A stretch of DNA of 64,000 nucleotides. Source: Terriglobales bacterium (GTDB lineage Bacteria; Acidobacteriota; Terriglobia; Terriglobales; Acidobacteriaceae). Location of the stretch: the NCBI GenBank assembly GCA_036489565.1, contig DASXFN010000020.1, positions 392 to 64,391 of the forward strand, read 5' to 3'. The number at the start of each line of letters is the position of its first letter. The first letter of the stretch is position 1. Made by a program: the position numbers and the translations under genes. The notes under the pieces were generated by a model. The model saw only the letters and a program-made list of their open reading frames with translations. It ran no database searches and was not told the origin of the DNA. Shown here piece by piece: positions 1-9,611 of this stretch.

Positions 1-476
1 CGAACAATCCTTCCCCGGGTGGGGACGGCTCAGACGGGAGCGACGGCTCAAATGGTGGAGATGGCGGCGATGGAGGAGACGCGCCTGCTGTGCAGATTCG
101 GGTGGCTCTTCGGGCAGGGAGTCATCCGCTGCTTCAGGTGAGTGTGGCACCATCAGTCGGCCACAAAAAACTATTCCTCGTTGATCCGCAGGGAGGCTCT
201 CTTACGGTACTCGCAAATGGAGGTGAGGGTGGCTCAGGAGGACGCGGAGGCAGCGGCGGTCGGGGCGGATCGGGAGGCACCGGATCTCCCAATGGAAACG
301 ACGGACGCAGCGGTTCGGATGGACGGAGCGGCTCCGATGGATCGTCGGGGCGCGGTGGAAGCATCACGGTGACTTACGATCCGCAGGCGAAGCCTTACCT
401 CGCGGTGATTCACTTGTCGAACACCTACGGGCCGCAGCCCGTCTTTGTGGAAGAACAGGTAGGACCGATCTGGTAA
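1..476 (+). CDS. Gly/Ser/Asp-rich repeat protein, C-terminal fragment (5' end outside window)
   Basis: The frame of listed ORF 90..476 stays open back to nt 3 (NNPSPGGDGSDGSDGSNGGDGGDGGD...), so the gene starts upstream of the window. There are G-rich low-complexity blocks (GGEGGSGGRGGSGGRGGSGGTGSPNGNDGRSGSDGRSGSDGSSGRGG) next to ordinary sequence. No family recognised. Confidence 0.5.
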   Translation, partial: NNPSPGGDGSDGSDGSNGGDGGDGGDAPAVQIRVALRAGSHPLLQVSVAPSVGHKKLFLVDPQGGSLTVLANGGEGGSGGRGGSGGRGGSGGTGSPNGNDGRSGSDGRSGSDGSSGRGGSITVTYDPQAKPYLAVIHLSNTYGPQPVFVEEQVGPIW

Positions 477-491
477 GTCGGAGTGTGAATC

Positions 492-959
492 TCAGCTTTG
501 CAGTGCGGGTCGCTTATAAACGTCGGGATTGTGACGCTCCATAAAACGTTCCGGTGAACCCAACGGCTTGAATCCAAATTGCGCGTAAATGCCGTGAGCA
601 TCTTTAGTGCCCAGCACCCATCGCCGCAGGCCTTGAAGATCGGGATGCTCGACGATGCACCGCATGAGCCACTTCGAAAGTCCTTTGCCGCGAAATGCTT
701 CCAGCACGAACACATCGGCAAGATAGGCAAACGTCGCGTAATCGGAAATAACTCGCGCGAAGCCAGCTTGCTGATCATTCCCGTAAATTCCGAAACATAA
801 AGAATTCTCAATCGAGCGAGCCAATACGTCGCGTGAAATTCCGGTAGCCCAATAGGAATGCGTGAGGAATTCGTGGATTACGTCCAGATTGAGGCGGCTC
901 TTGTCGGTGGTGATGACGAACTCGCCGCGCTTTTGCTCGTAATGTGATTGAGAGCGCAT
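492..959 (-). CDS. GNAT family N-acetyltransferase
   Basis: 155 aa. The acetyl-CoA binding core FVLEAFRGKGLSKWLM (R/Q-x-x-G-x-G/A type motif) and overall size fit the GNAT fold. Confidence 0.8.
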   Translation of the reverse strand: MRSQSHYEQKRGEFVITTDKSRLNLDVIHEFLTHSYWATGISRDVLARSIENSLCFGIYGNDQQAGFARVISDYATFAYLADVFVLEAFRGKGLSKWLMRCIVEHPDLQGLRRWVLGTKDAHGIYAQFGFKPLGSPERFMERHNPDVYKRPALQS

Positions 960-1007
960 TCCAATCTCACTTTTCTTCGCAACCGTTGAAAGAGGGAATA
1001 CTTTCCA

Positions 1008-1763
1008 TCACTTTCCAAACATTGGGTAGTGGCTTGCCGCCGCCATGAAGAACAATAGTGGAAGCGATAGGCAGGCGTTGATCCGCGAGCAGAGAAAAGA
1101 CATCCGCGCCATGCGCGAAGCTTTCTCCGGCACTGGCGTTCCGTTTTCCGCACTGTCTTTCGTCCACAAAATAATCCGCTTCTGAATGCGCCAGATGACG
1201 CCCCACACGTTCAGGAGCATGACCCAGCCCAATCCGCCTCCGATTCCTATCGAGAGAAGGCGATTGCTCTCCCATCCGTGGTCGTTCAGGCTTAAGAATA
1301 GCCATGCTGCTGCGATCACAATGACGGCAACAAGCGGCCCCAGTACCCATCCATTGTTGAGAACGCCTTTGCCGGGAATCAATAAAGCATAGAGAAGCGC
1401 CCAAACCACGGTCCAGATGAGAAAAAAGCTGCTCATGGCCATGCCGCTGGAGGCTTGCGCATTGTGCGCGTCGGCAGCCACAATGTTGCCCCAGTACGCG
1501 AGGCCCATGAGTACAGTCACGACGGCGGCCCAGCGGAACCACCACAACGCGCGCGACATGAGCGCGGGAAAAACTTTGCCTTTGGTGGCGGAATCCAGTT
1601 GGCTCATCAACGGGACATTGACGAGAGTAAAAAAATACAGCAATCCGAGCCATGTGATGCCCGCCAAAAAATGGATCCAGCGGACCAGCATCAAAAAATT
1701 GGTATTGAAATCGGTGGGCGGGTGGAATCCGGAGCTGAAAAGTACGGCAGCGTAATGCATCAA
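1008..1763 (-). CDS. Polytopic membrane protein, Urate_ox_N / PuuD-N-terminal-like family
   Basis: 251 aa with several hydrophobic helices. The RWIHFLAGITWLGLLYFF segment resembles the conserved start of the Urate_ox_N membrane domain. The family call is from memory only. Confidence 0.6.
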   Translation of the reverse strand: MMHYAAVLFSSGFHPPTDFNTNFLMLVRWIHFLAGITWLGLLYFFTLVNVPLMSQLDSATKGKVFPALMSRALWWFRWAAVVTVLMGLAYWGNIVAADAHNAQASSGMAMSSFFLIWTVVWALLYALLIPGKGVLNNGWVLGPLVAVIVIAAAWLFLSLNDHGWESNRLLSIGIGGGLGWVMLLNVWGVIWRIQKRIILWTKDSAENGTPVPEKASRMARMSFLCSRINACLSLPLLFFMAAASHYPMFGK

Positions 1764-1959
1764 GTTCCTCCCAATTTTTTCGGTGTGCCGTCGCGGAATT
1801 GTTAGAGCGTTCGATTTTACATCAAGAATGCGACGGGCCGGTTTTTGCGAGATGAATTGCCATTCCGATTAAAAAGCTATTGGGCTTATTCTCGACTTTC
1901 CTGTTGCTGTGCCTCACAATGGCTAACGCCGTTGTCGTAACGCAAGATAATTGATCGTA

Positions 1960-3261
1960 ATGAAACGCCTTTATCCCGCCATCGCGATATTGTTCTTGCT
2001 GCTGACGCTCCCCAGCTTAAGCAGCGGATATTCCGTCCTTACTCACGAAGAAGTTGTGGACCTGCTGTGGAAGGACCAGATACAGCCACTGTTGTTGAAG
2101 CGGTATCCGCATGCCACGCCGGATGAGTTGCGCCAGGCCCACGCCTTTGCCTACGGCGGCTGCGTGATTCAGGACATGGGATATTACCCTTTCGGCAGCA
2201 AGTATTTCAGCGATCTTGTGCACTACGTGCGTAGCGGTGATTTCGTTGAGGCACTGCTGCATGACGCTTCGGACCTCAATGAGTATGCTTTCGCGCTGGG
2301 ATCGCTGGCGCATTATGCTTCCGACATCTCGGGTCATCCCACAATCAATCGCGTCGTGGCCATCGAATTTCCCAAATTGCGAAAGAAATATGGTGACCAA
2401 GTTACCTATGAGGATGATCCTAAGGCCCATATCCGCACGGAATTCGGTTTTGATATGGAGCAGGTGGCCAAAAACCGTTACACCTCGGACCGCTATCATG
2501 ACTTTATTGGATTTGAAGTTGCCAGGCCTCTATTAGAGCGGGCTTTCGTTGATACCTACGATGTGAAACTGGACGACGTGTTCGGCGATCCGGACCTGGC
2601 GATTGGCAGCTACCGCCGCAGCGTGAGCGTGTGGATTCCGGCGATGACGCGCATCGCGCTATTGTCAGAGCGCAAAGAACTCGTTAAGGACACCCCCAGC
2701 TTCGACAAGAAAAAGTTTCTCTACTATCTTTCCCGCAAGCAATATGAGCACGAGTGGGGGACGAAATACCGCAAGCCTGGAGTCGGGACGCGAATTCTGG
2801 CATTTCTTCTCAGGATTCTTCCGAAGGTGGGCCCGTTGAGCGCTACGAAGTTTGAAATTCCCACGCAGCAGACCGAAGACATGTACATCAAGAGCGTCAA
2901 CCTGACGGTCGAGAATTATTCCGCACTGTTGCGGCAAGTGAGCGGTGCGTCTTTCGATTTTCCCGACCGCGATCTGGATACAGGCCACGATACTCAGGCG
3001 GGCGAATATCATCTTGCGGATAAAACCTACGCTCGGTTGGTGGATGATCTCTCCAAAAAGGCTTCGGGGCCGGTGTCCGCCGATCTGCGAAAGTCGGTGC
3101 TTGATTTCTATGCTGACCCAAAAGGGCCGGTGGCCACGCAAAAGAAGAAAAAGGATTGGGAAAAGCTGCAAGCGGAATTGTCTAAACTAAAAGCACACAC
3201 GATGAGCCCGTCGTCTTCCTCCGCCGCAAAGCCGTCCGCCGCCAGTCCCGCGACACAATAG
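1960..3261 (+). CDS. Zinc-dependent phospholipase C-like family protein (secreted)
   Basis: Signal peptide (MKRLYPAIAILFLLLTLPSLSSG) followed by YSVLTHEEV and HYASDISGHP His-containing motifs typical of this family. ATG 1960 preferred over TTG 1951. Confidence 0.65.
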   Translation: MKRLYPAIAILFLLLTLPSLSSGYSVLTHEEVVDLLWKDQIQPLLLKRYPHATPDELRQAHAFAYGGCVIQDMGYYPFGSKYFSDLVHYVRSGDFVEALLHDASDLNEYAFALGSLAHYASDISGHPTINRVVAIEFPKLRKKYGDQVTYEDDPKAHIRTEFGFDMEQVAKNRYTSDRYHDFIGFEVARPLLERAFVDTYDVKLDDVFGDPDLAIGSYRRSVSVWIPAMTRIALLSERKELVKDTPSFDKKKFLYYLSRKQYEHEWGTKYRKPGVGTRILAFLLRILPKVGPLSATKFEIPTQQTEDMYIKSVNLTVENYSALLRQVSGASFDFPDRDLDTGHDTQAGEYHLADKTYARLVDDLSKKASGPVSADLRKSVLDFYADPKGPVATQKKKKDWEKLQAELSKLKAHTMSPSSSSAAKPSAASPATQ

Positions 3262-3328
3262 CTGCGCAAATCAAAACGCTATCCTGTACACTGTCTGGTT
3301 CTTGCCGCACCAGGAGGATCTCGCCCGC

Positions 3329-4120
3329 ATGAGTGCTCCGCAGACGCCCACCGTCGAAGACAAGTTTTTCCACGCCAAAATCACCAAGCGCGCCGATTTC
3401 GCCTCTGACCTGTGGATGATCCGGGTGAACGTGGGCGCGGATTTTAAATTCACTCCCGGGCAATATGCGACGCTCGGCGTGCAGACTCCAGACAAGAGGA
3501 TCGAGCGCGCCTACTCCATCGTGTCTTCTCCCTACGAAAACGAAGTGGAATTTTTCTTCGAGCTGGTGCCGGAAGGCGAGCTGACGCCAAAGTTGTATGC
3601 GCTTCAGGTAGGTGACGAAGTGTTAATGCGAAAGTCTCCCAAGGGCCTGTTCACGCTGGACAAAAAGAGCGGCCATACGAACCACTTTTTGGTTTGCACG
3701 GTCACCGGGCTCGCCCCATTTGTGAGCTTCGTCCGCACCATGCACAAGGACTGGAAGGAGGGACGCTTTGGCGGCGAACACAAACTTTTTATCGTCAATG
3801 GCGCCAGCCGCTCATGGGAATTTGGATATCAGGAAGAGCTGGCAAAATTCGCCAACGAAATCCCGTGGCTAAAGTATGTGCCGACCGTCAGCCGTCCCTG
3901 GGAAGACGCCAACTGGAAGGGCGAGACCGGGCGTGTGGATGAACTACTGCGCAAATATGCCGACATGTGGGGCATGGCGGGCGACAATACGACCGCCTAT
4001 TTATGCGGACATCCGGACATGATCGAAAACGGAAAGGGAATTTTAAAGCGCGCGGGTTTCGTGAAGGAATCGATGAGGGAAGAGGTTTACTGGATCCCGC
4101 CCAAGGAGCACGGTAAATAA
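3329..4120 (+). CDS. fpr: Ferredoxin-NADP(+) reductase (bacterial Fpr type)
   Basis: R-x-Y-S FAD motif (RAYSIVSSP), NADP-binding VTGLAPFVSF, size about 263 aa. ATG 3329 follows AGGAGG at 3312-3317; the listed ORF begins at TTG 3302. Confidence 0.85.
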   Translation: MSAPQTPTVEDKFFHAKITKRADFASDLWMIRVNVGADFKFTPGQYATLGVQTPDKRIERAYSIVSSPYENEVEFFFELVPEGELTPKLYALQVGDEVLMRKSPKGLFTLDKKSGHTNHFLVCTVTGLAPFVSFVRTMHKDWKEGRFGGEHKLFIVNGASRSWEFGYQEELAKFANEIPWLKYVPTVSRPWEDANWKGETGRVDELLRKYADMWGMAGDNTTAYLCGHPDMIENGKGILKRAGFVKESMREEVYWIPPKEHGK

Positions 4121-4148
4121 TCGGCGGACTGTTCTTTTCGAAGGCTGC

Positions 4149-4439
4149 CTACTTCCAGGAATCCTGGGTGCGAATTACGTCATCGTTGCCATTCGTGATT
4201 TCGACCAAGACCTCGTTTTCTTCCGGAAAGTCACCCTGCTGCAAGAGTTGCTGCGTCCACTGATTAAGCGGGGCATCGAAAATTTCATCGTATTGTGAAA
4301 ATCCATTCACGAGAATTCGGGCGCCGGTAATGGTTTCTTTGTCACCAGCCTTCGCGGAAACAGAAATGTCCCAGCCTGCAAGTGGATTACGCGCGTGAGT
4401 TACGGTTGTTTGCATCAGGCCTCGCAAAAATCTGTTCAA
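4149..4439 (-). CDS. Hypothetical small protein, downstream of the TetR gene on the same strand
   Basis: 96-aa ORF 15 nt after the TetR stop. No motif recognised. Confidence 0.45.
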   Translation of the reverse strand: MNRFLRGLMQTTVTHARNPLAGWDISVSAKAGDKETITGARILVNGFSQYDEIFDAPLNQWTQQLLQQGDFPEENEVLVEITNGNDDVIRTQDSWK

Positions 4440-4453
4440 TGGTATTTAGCCAG

Positions 4454-5041
4454 CTACTGGAAGGCCCCGCCAAAGAATATTTCCGTGTACTGCTTGGCCA
4501 GGTTGTCTGCCTGCAGCATCCCGTCTGGCTTATACCACTGGTAAATCCAATTGATCATTCCCAGCAATGCGAAAGCCGCAGCCCGTGGAGCGACGTTTCC
4601 CTTTGCTTGCCGCACCCGTTGCACTTCGGCGACCAGGTTCTCAACAAAGTGGATGTAATCTTTTTTGCGCGAATTGATTTTTTTGCGCAGCGCCGGCGGC
4701 AGCGGATGGTTCTCGTGCAGCATCACCGTGATTTCCCGATCGGTGGCGCTAAGGACGACGCCGATGTGCAGGCGAATCAAAGTCCGCAGGCGCTCTTCCG
4801 GATCAGCAATGCCGCGCGCGGCATTCACCACGCGCTCCTGGGTGATAGTCATGGCGTGGTCCATGAGGTTAAACAGGATTTCGTCTTTGCTCTGGAAGTG
4901 GTGGTAGAGGCCGCCCTTGCTTAGTTTGAGAGCGGCAGCCACATCGTTCATGGAAGTGGCGTCGTAGCCCTGTTGTTGAAAAAGGCGCGCGGCGGTGCGC
5001 AGGATTTCCTGGCGGGAGTCGGTAAGTGTCTCGCGAATCAT
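4454..5041 (-). CDS. TetR/AcrR family transcriptional regulator
   Basis: N-terminal HTH (ILRTAARLFQQQGYDATSMNDVAAALKLSKGGLYHHFQSKDEIL). Internal ATG at 5041 gives the normal ~195 aa length; the listed ORF extends to 5278 with non-protein-like sequence. Confidence 0.85.
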   Translation of the reverse strand: MIRETLTDSRQEILRTAARLFQQQGYDATSMNDVAAALKLSKGGLYHHFQSKDEILFNLMDHAMTITQERVVNAARGIADPEERLRTLIRLHIGVVLSATDREITVMLHENHPLPPALRKKINSRKKDYIHFVENLVAEVQRVRQAKGNVAPRAAAFALLGMINWIYQWYKPDGMLQADNLAKQYTEIFFGGAFQ

Positions 5042-5295
5042 GAATGGGACAGAATATACAGAGCTGGCGAAGAATGCCAACTTGCAGACTCCGATCCGGA
5101 TATCCGGAACCCGGGAGTGGCAAAAAGCTGTCAATTCGGGCTTTATGTGCCGAAATCCTTTTGGACGAATCTTTGGGGAACTGAAACCGCAATGTTGACG
5201 TATAACATTTAGGCATATGGCGGGATGTTGCGAAATCCGAGTGGAACTATTGGATTCGCGTTGCCGATTACTGAACACGCGTCCTTAGGAGGACC

Positions 5296-5790
5296 ATGTC
5301 CAATCTGACTAGAATGATTTGCCTTCTTGGAGTATTCGCGCTTCCTGCTTTTGCCGCTCCCAAGGCGAACGCCACCCATTCGGGCGACGATTCCATTGTG
5401 ATTGTGTTTAAAGACGGGCATCAGCAGAGCTTCTCCATGGCTGATATTGCCCGCATCGAATTCAGCACGCCCGCTTCAACCGCTTCCGCCCCGGTGGGCA
5501 TCAACCGCTTTCTCGGCAGGTGGACCGTGGGCGAGGGCAGTGGCATGAACAACAACTTCACCATCACTTTAAAACGGAATGGTGCGGCGGAAAAATCCAT
5601 TGGCTCTACTCACGGAACCTGGATGATCATTGACGGCGAGGCGCGGATCACATGGGATGACGGATGGCGCGACGTGATCCGGAAAGTCGGGGAGAAATAC
5701 GAAAAAGTGGCGCACTCTCCCGGCACCTCATTCGTGGACCAATCAAACAACATCACCGACGCGCGCAGAGAAGATGCGGGCCCGATCTAA
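5296..5790 (+). CDS. Secreted hypothetical protein
   Basis: Signal peptide MSNLTRMICLLGVFALPAFAAP. 164 aa, no recognised domain. Confidence 0.6.
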   Translation: MSNLTRMICLLGVFALPAFAAPKANATHSGDDSIVIVFKDGHQQSFSMADIARIEFSTPASTASAPVGINRFLGRWTVGEGSGMNNNFTITLKRNGAAEKSIGSTHGTWMIIDGEARITWDDGWRDVIRKVGEKYEKVAHSPGTSFVDQSNNITDARREDAGPI

Positions 5791-5873
5791 ACTCGGCCGC
5801 TTCTTAGTCACTTTCGGCCTCGATGTAGCTTTTGCGAACGGTTAAAATATGGCATCGCCGCATCCAACATTTC

Positions 5874-7016
5874 ATGAACACGCGGCGCCTTGTCATGCCT
5901 TCGATCGGACGACCTAAGCCGGCATTCTCGTTCAGCCTTGTCTTGCTAATGTGCTTGATCCTGCCGTCCGCATTTGCGCAGCAGACAAATGAGAAGACTA
6001 AACAGTTCCAGATGGACGGTGGTAACCAGTATTACTCTTCCTGGTTGGATCAGGATGCCCGTTGGATTATCACTGACGGCGAGCGCGCCGCATTTCATAC
6101 GTTAAAGAACGACGAAGAGCGCGATCACTTTATTGAAGCATTCTGGACGCGCCGGAACCCAACGCCAAGCGCGTTAAAAAATGCATTTGAAGACGAGCAC
6201 TATCGAAGGCTTGTCTATGCTAATGAGCATTTCGCTGGTACGGATGTTCCCGGATGGCAAACGGACCGAGGCCGGATTTACATTGTCTATGGCCCGCCCG
6301 ACGAAATCGAGCCCTTCCCGGCAGGCAAAGTTGCGAATCCACCGCTAGCAGACAATATCAATACTGCATTTCCTAAAGAGATATGGTTTTATCGGTCTAT
6401 TCCTGAGATTGGTCAGAACGTGAAAATCGGATTCGTGGACACATGCATGTGCGACGATTTTCGAATGACGGTCGATCCGCTTATGAAGGCCGGGCTTCTA
6501 CGGGCGCCCTGTGGAGATAGAAGTTACCCGAATGCGGCGGCGACAGCGCAAGACCATACGCGCATTTTAGTTAATATCAACGTTCTGGAATCTCCACCCA
6601 TCACCAAATTCCAAGATCTCGAGGAAGTCGTTCTCCATAAGTTCAACTACAATCTGTTGCCATTCGAGGTTGCGACAACATTCCAGAAAGTGACCGATGC
6701 CACATCGCTTGCTCATATCGCGATAACGGTAAATGAGGGCAATGTGAAATTCATGGACAATGGGACGCAGTTAACGGGCAGGTTGAATATGTTCGGACGA
6801 ATCGTCAACATAGGAGGCCAAATCGTGGACGACTTCGAGGGCGACCTCGAGGTGAAGCAACCGCACGAACAACTTTCGGATTTGGCAAATCATTCCGCTG
6901 CCTTGAAAAATGTAATTCCTCTGCGACCGGGTTTCTATCGACTAGAGATCGCGGTGAAAGATGTAAACGGAGACAAAATCGGAACATGGGCCCAGGGCAT
7001 CAGGGTACCTGATTAG
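5874..7016 (+). CDS. GWxTD domain-containing protein
   Basis: PGWQTDRGRIYIVYGPPDEIE matches the GWxTD signature. A signal-like hydrophobic N-terminus precedes it. Start at ATG 5874 or 5895. Confidence 0.8.
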   Translation: MNTRRLVMPSIGRPKPAFSFSLVLLMCLILPSAFAQQTNEKTKQFQMDGGNQYYSSWLDQDARWIITDGERAAFHTLKNDEERDHFIEAFWTRRNPTPSALKNAFEDEHYRRLVYANEHFAGTDVPGWQTDRGRIYIVYGPPDEIEPFPAGKVANPPLADNINTAFPKEIWFYRSIPEIGQNVKIGFVDTCMCDDFRMTVDPLMKAGLLRAPCGDRSYPNAAATAQDHTRILVNINVLESPPITKFQDLEEVVLHKFNYNLLPFEVATTFQKVTDATSLAHIAITVNEGNVKFMDNGTQLTGRLNMFGRIVNIGGQIVDDFEGDLEVKQPHEQLSDLANHSAALKNVIPLRPGFYRLEIAVKDVNGDKIGTWAQGIRVPD

Positions 7017-7031
7017 AATTCGTGTGACTTG

Positions 7032-8207
7032 TCAGGGTGCCTTAACAGCCACCAACTGCGTGAACGAGGGGATTGTCGCGCCTGCCACAAAGGGGCTCTG
7101 GCTAAGCGGCGTAAGTGCTCCGGTGGAAGAATCGATATTGAATCCCGTGATGGCACCGTCACTTGACAAAGGATTTGCCACATAAAGAAATTTTCCTAAT
7201 GGATCAATAGCTAGCGCATCAACTGGCGCCCCAACTGAGAACGGAGATCCGGGCATGGCAGTCAATGCACCCGTGGTTGTATCAACGTCATATCCCGATA
7301 TAGTTCGATCTCCTAAATCAGCAACGTAAAGAAATCTTCCTGCCGCGTCCGTTGCCATATTGAAAGGATCCAAACCAGCAGAGAATGGGGAATTTGGAAC
7401 GGCAGTAAGATTGCCGGTAGTTTCGTCAATACTCCATTCTTCAATTTGATTATCAATAAACGAGTTCCTGAAAAGAAATTGCCCCGCAACCAGCAAATGC
7501 GTTCCGAACGGATTTGAGTTTAGTGTCGTAGAGAACGGAGAGTTTGCCAAAGCAGTCAAATCGCCGGATGCGGAATCGAGCGTAAAACCAGAGACTTGGT
7601 TTGTGGAATTATCCAAATTGTCGGCGTACATGAACTTACCGGACGAATCCAATACCATCTCAAAAGGCTCGTCATTATCAGGGAAAGGAGAGCCAGTGAT
7701 TGGTGCTAGCGCTCCAGTTTGACCATCGACTGTAAATATTGCGAAGCCGGGGATACTGGTTTGACAAAGGAATTTTCCCGTAGAGTCCGTTACTATTCCT
7801 CCCGCGAGGCCTGGAAAGGGAAGCGTCCCCGCTGAAAAAGGCGATCCGCTCGCAGCGGTTAATTCACCATTGCTTGCATTGATGGAAAAAACGTCGACTT
7901 CATTATCCGGCACGTCATCGACATAAAGAAATTTCGCGCCGGGGTCAATCGCCATTGTTTTCGTGATCACATTGGTGTTCACCGGTCCGGGAGTTGGAGG
8001 CAGAGCCGTTAACGATCCGTCGGAAGAATTGATCGCAAAGCTTAAAATCTGGTTCACGCCGGAGGCGTAAAGGAACTCTGGCTGCGTGCTAGGAGAAGGA
8101 GAAGATGGCGTGGGAGTAGCTGACGGCGAGGAACCGCATCCCAGGAAGGTGCCTAGAAGTGGTAAGAGAATGCAAAGTACAAGAGCACTGCGAAGTCTTA
8201 TGAGCAT
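7032..8207 (-). CDS. Lipoprotein, lactonase-like 7-bladed beta-propeller family
   Basis: Lipobox LLGTFLGC. About seven repeats of the pattern G.L(T/A)...GSPF....P....D..GKFLYV. Start ATG 8207 preferred over 8246. Confidence 0.7.
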   Translation of the reverse strand: MLIRLRSALVLCILLPLLGTFLGCGSSPSATPTPSSPSPSTQPEFLYASGVNQILSFAINSSDGSLTALPPTPGPVNTNVITKTMAIDPGAKFLYVDDVPDNEVDVFSINASNGELTAASGSPFSAGTLPFPGLAGGIVTDSTGKFLCQTSIPGFAIFTVDGQTGALAPITGSPFPDNDEPFEMVLDSSGKFMYADNLDNSTNQVSGFTLDSASGDLTALANSPFSTTLNSNPFGTHLLVAGQFLFRNSFIDNQIEEWSIDETTGNLTAVPNSPFSAGLDPFNMATDAAGRFLYVADLGDRTISGYDVDTTTGALTAMPGSPFSVGAPVDALAIDPLGKFLYVANPLSSDGAITGFNIDSSTGALTPLSQSPFVAGATIPSFTQLVAVKAP

Positions 8208-8295
8208 TTGCGCACCATGATTGGCTGGCATTTTACCCGGTTTCACAGCAAATCGTTTGACTAAAAAGCGGCGAAGGCTCTAAGATTAACTACTG

Positions 8296-8309
8296 ACCGA
8301 CCGGTCGGT
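8296..8309. promoter_or_regulatory. Perfect 14-bp palindrome ACCGACCGGTCGGT in a divergent promoter region
   Basis: Read directly. Lies between the divergently transcribed lipoprotein gene and ilvC, so it is not a terminator position. Confidence 0.3.
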
Positions 8310-8421
8310 TGCTAGACAGCCGTAGCTAAACCCTTTATCCATATAGTGCACATAAAATTCAGGATTTCAGTGCTATCTAACCAGGGCGGCCCATACAGCT
8401 TCCCATCCCATCGGAGGAAAA

Positions 8422-9435
8422 GTGGCAGCAACTATTTTTTATGAAAGCGACGCCAATCCTGGCGCGTTGAAGGACAAGACTATTGCAGTGCTCGGATATG
8501 GCAGCCAGGGGCACGCCCAGGCGCAGAACCTGCGCGACAGCGGATACAAGGTGATTGTAGGGCTAGATCCCGGCCGCAAAAGCGCTGCGCAGGCGAAAGC
8601 TGACGGCATGGAAGTGCTGCCCCCAGCGGAAGCGGCCAAGCGTGCCGATTGGATTCACATTCTTACCCCGGACGAAACCCAGGGAGATTTTTTTGAAAAG
8701 CAAGTGAAGCCGCACCTCACAAAAGGCAAAGTCCTTAGCTTTTCGCATGGCTTCAGCATCCATTTCAAAACCATCGTTCCTCCGAAAGACGTGGACGTGG
8801 TCATGATCGCACCCAAAGGGCCGGGGCATTTGGTCCGCCGCGTGTACACCGAAGGGCGCGGAGTGCCGGCGCTGGTGGCCATCTTTCAGGACGCGAGTGG
8901 CAAGGCATTGGAGTTGGCGCTTTCTTTCGCTTACGGAATTGGCGCGACCCGCGCCGGAGTTTTGCAGACTTCGTTCCGCGAAGAGACGGAAAGCGATCTG
9001 TTCGGCGAGCAGACGGTCCTTTGCGGCGGCCTGACTTCGCTGATCAAAAAAGGATTCGAAACACTGGTAGAGGCTGGCTACGCGCCGGAGATTGCCTACT
9101 TCGAATGTCTGCATGAAGTGAAGCTGATTGTGGACTTGATTTACGAAGGCGGACTCGCGCGCATGCGGTATTCGATTTCCAACACCGCCGAGTATGGAGA
9201 CCTGACTCGCGGCGAGCGTGTGGTTGGAGACACCACGCGCCAGGCGATGAAGGAAACTCTTCGCCAGATCCAAAGCGGAGAATTTGCTCGTGAATGGATT
9301 GAAGAAAACAAGAAAGGCTGCCCGAACTTCAACGCGCTGCGGGAGAAAGAGAAGCAGCATCCGATTGAAGTCGTGGGAGAACAACTTCGCGGAATGATGT
9401 CATGGCTGCCCGGCGGAAAAAAAGCCAGCGCGTAG
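8422..9435 (+). CDS. ilvC: Ketol-acid reductoisomerase
   Basis: Class I KARI sequence throughout ([32 protein letters not shown]). GTG start. Confidence 0.97.
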   Translation: MAATIFYESDANPGALKDKTIAVLGYGSQGHAQAQNLRDSGYKVIVGLDPGRKSAAQAKADGMEVLPPAEAAKRADWIHILTPDETQGDFFEKQVKPHLTKGKVLSFSHGFSIHFKTIVPPKDVDVVMIAPKGPGHLVRRVYTEGRGVPALVAIFQDASGKALELALSFAYGIGATRAGVLQTSFREETESDLFGEQTVLCGGLTSLIKKGFETLVEAGYAPEIAYFECLHEVKLIVDLIYEGGLARMRYSISNTAEYGDLTRGERVVGDTTRQAMKETLRQIQSGEFAREWIEENKKGCPNFNALREKEKQHPIEVVGEQLRGMMSWLPGGKKASA

Positions 9436-9455
9436 TTGGATTTAATTCTTAAAAT

Positions 9456-9558
9456 TGTCATCCCGAGCGACGATATGAGCTTCTGCAAAGAAGCTCATGT
9501 TTAGTCGAGGGGCCTTGCGTTTATCAAAAGCAGATTCCTCGCTTCGCTCGGAATGACA
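9456..9558. repeat. MITE-like inverted-repeat element, copy 1 (termini TGTCATCCCGAGCGA / TCGCTCGGAATGACA)
   Basis: 15-nt terminal inverted repeats, internal 10-bp hairpin ATGAGCTTCT-gcaa-AGAAGCTCAT and a GTCGAGGGGCCTTGCG box. Same family as 48836, 54989 and 56679. Confidence 0.75.
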
Positions 9559-9611
9559 AGTTCTTAATGAATAACTAGACGTGGTAAGTTTCATTTTCTG
9601 AAAGATATTTT

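Noticed and set aside
967-1653. 228-aa minus-strand ORF overlapping the membrane protein gene in another frame
   Set aside because: The overlapping 1008..1763 frame gives coherent TM helices and a family-like motif. This frame is Arg/Cys/Gly-rich noise.
8563-9384. 273-aa minus-strand ORF inside ilvC
   Set aside because: Shadow ORF opposite a certain gene, with no protein-like motifs. The same applies to 9780..10496 and 10094..10633 (opposite ilvD), 55168..55986 (opposite proS), 24227..24904, 45554..46093, 46718..47320, 57392..57988 and 59372..59890.
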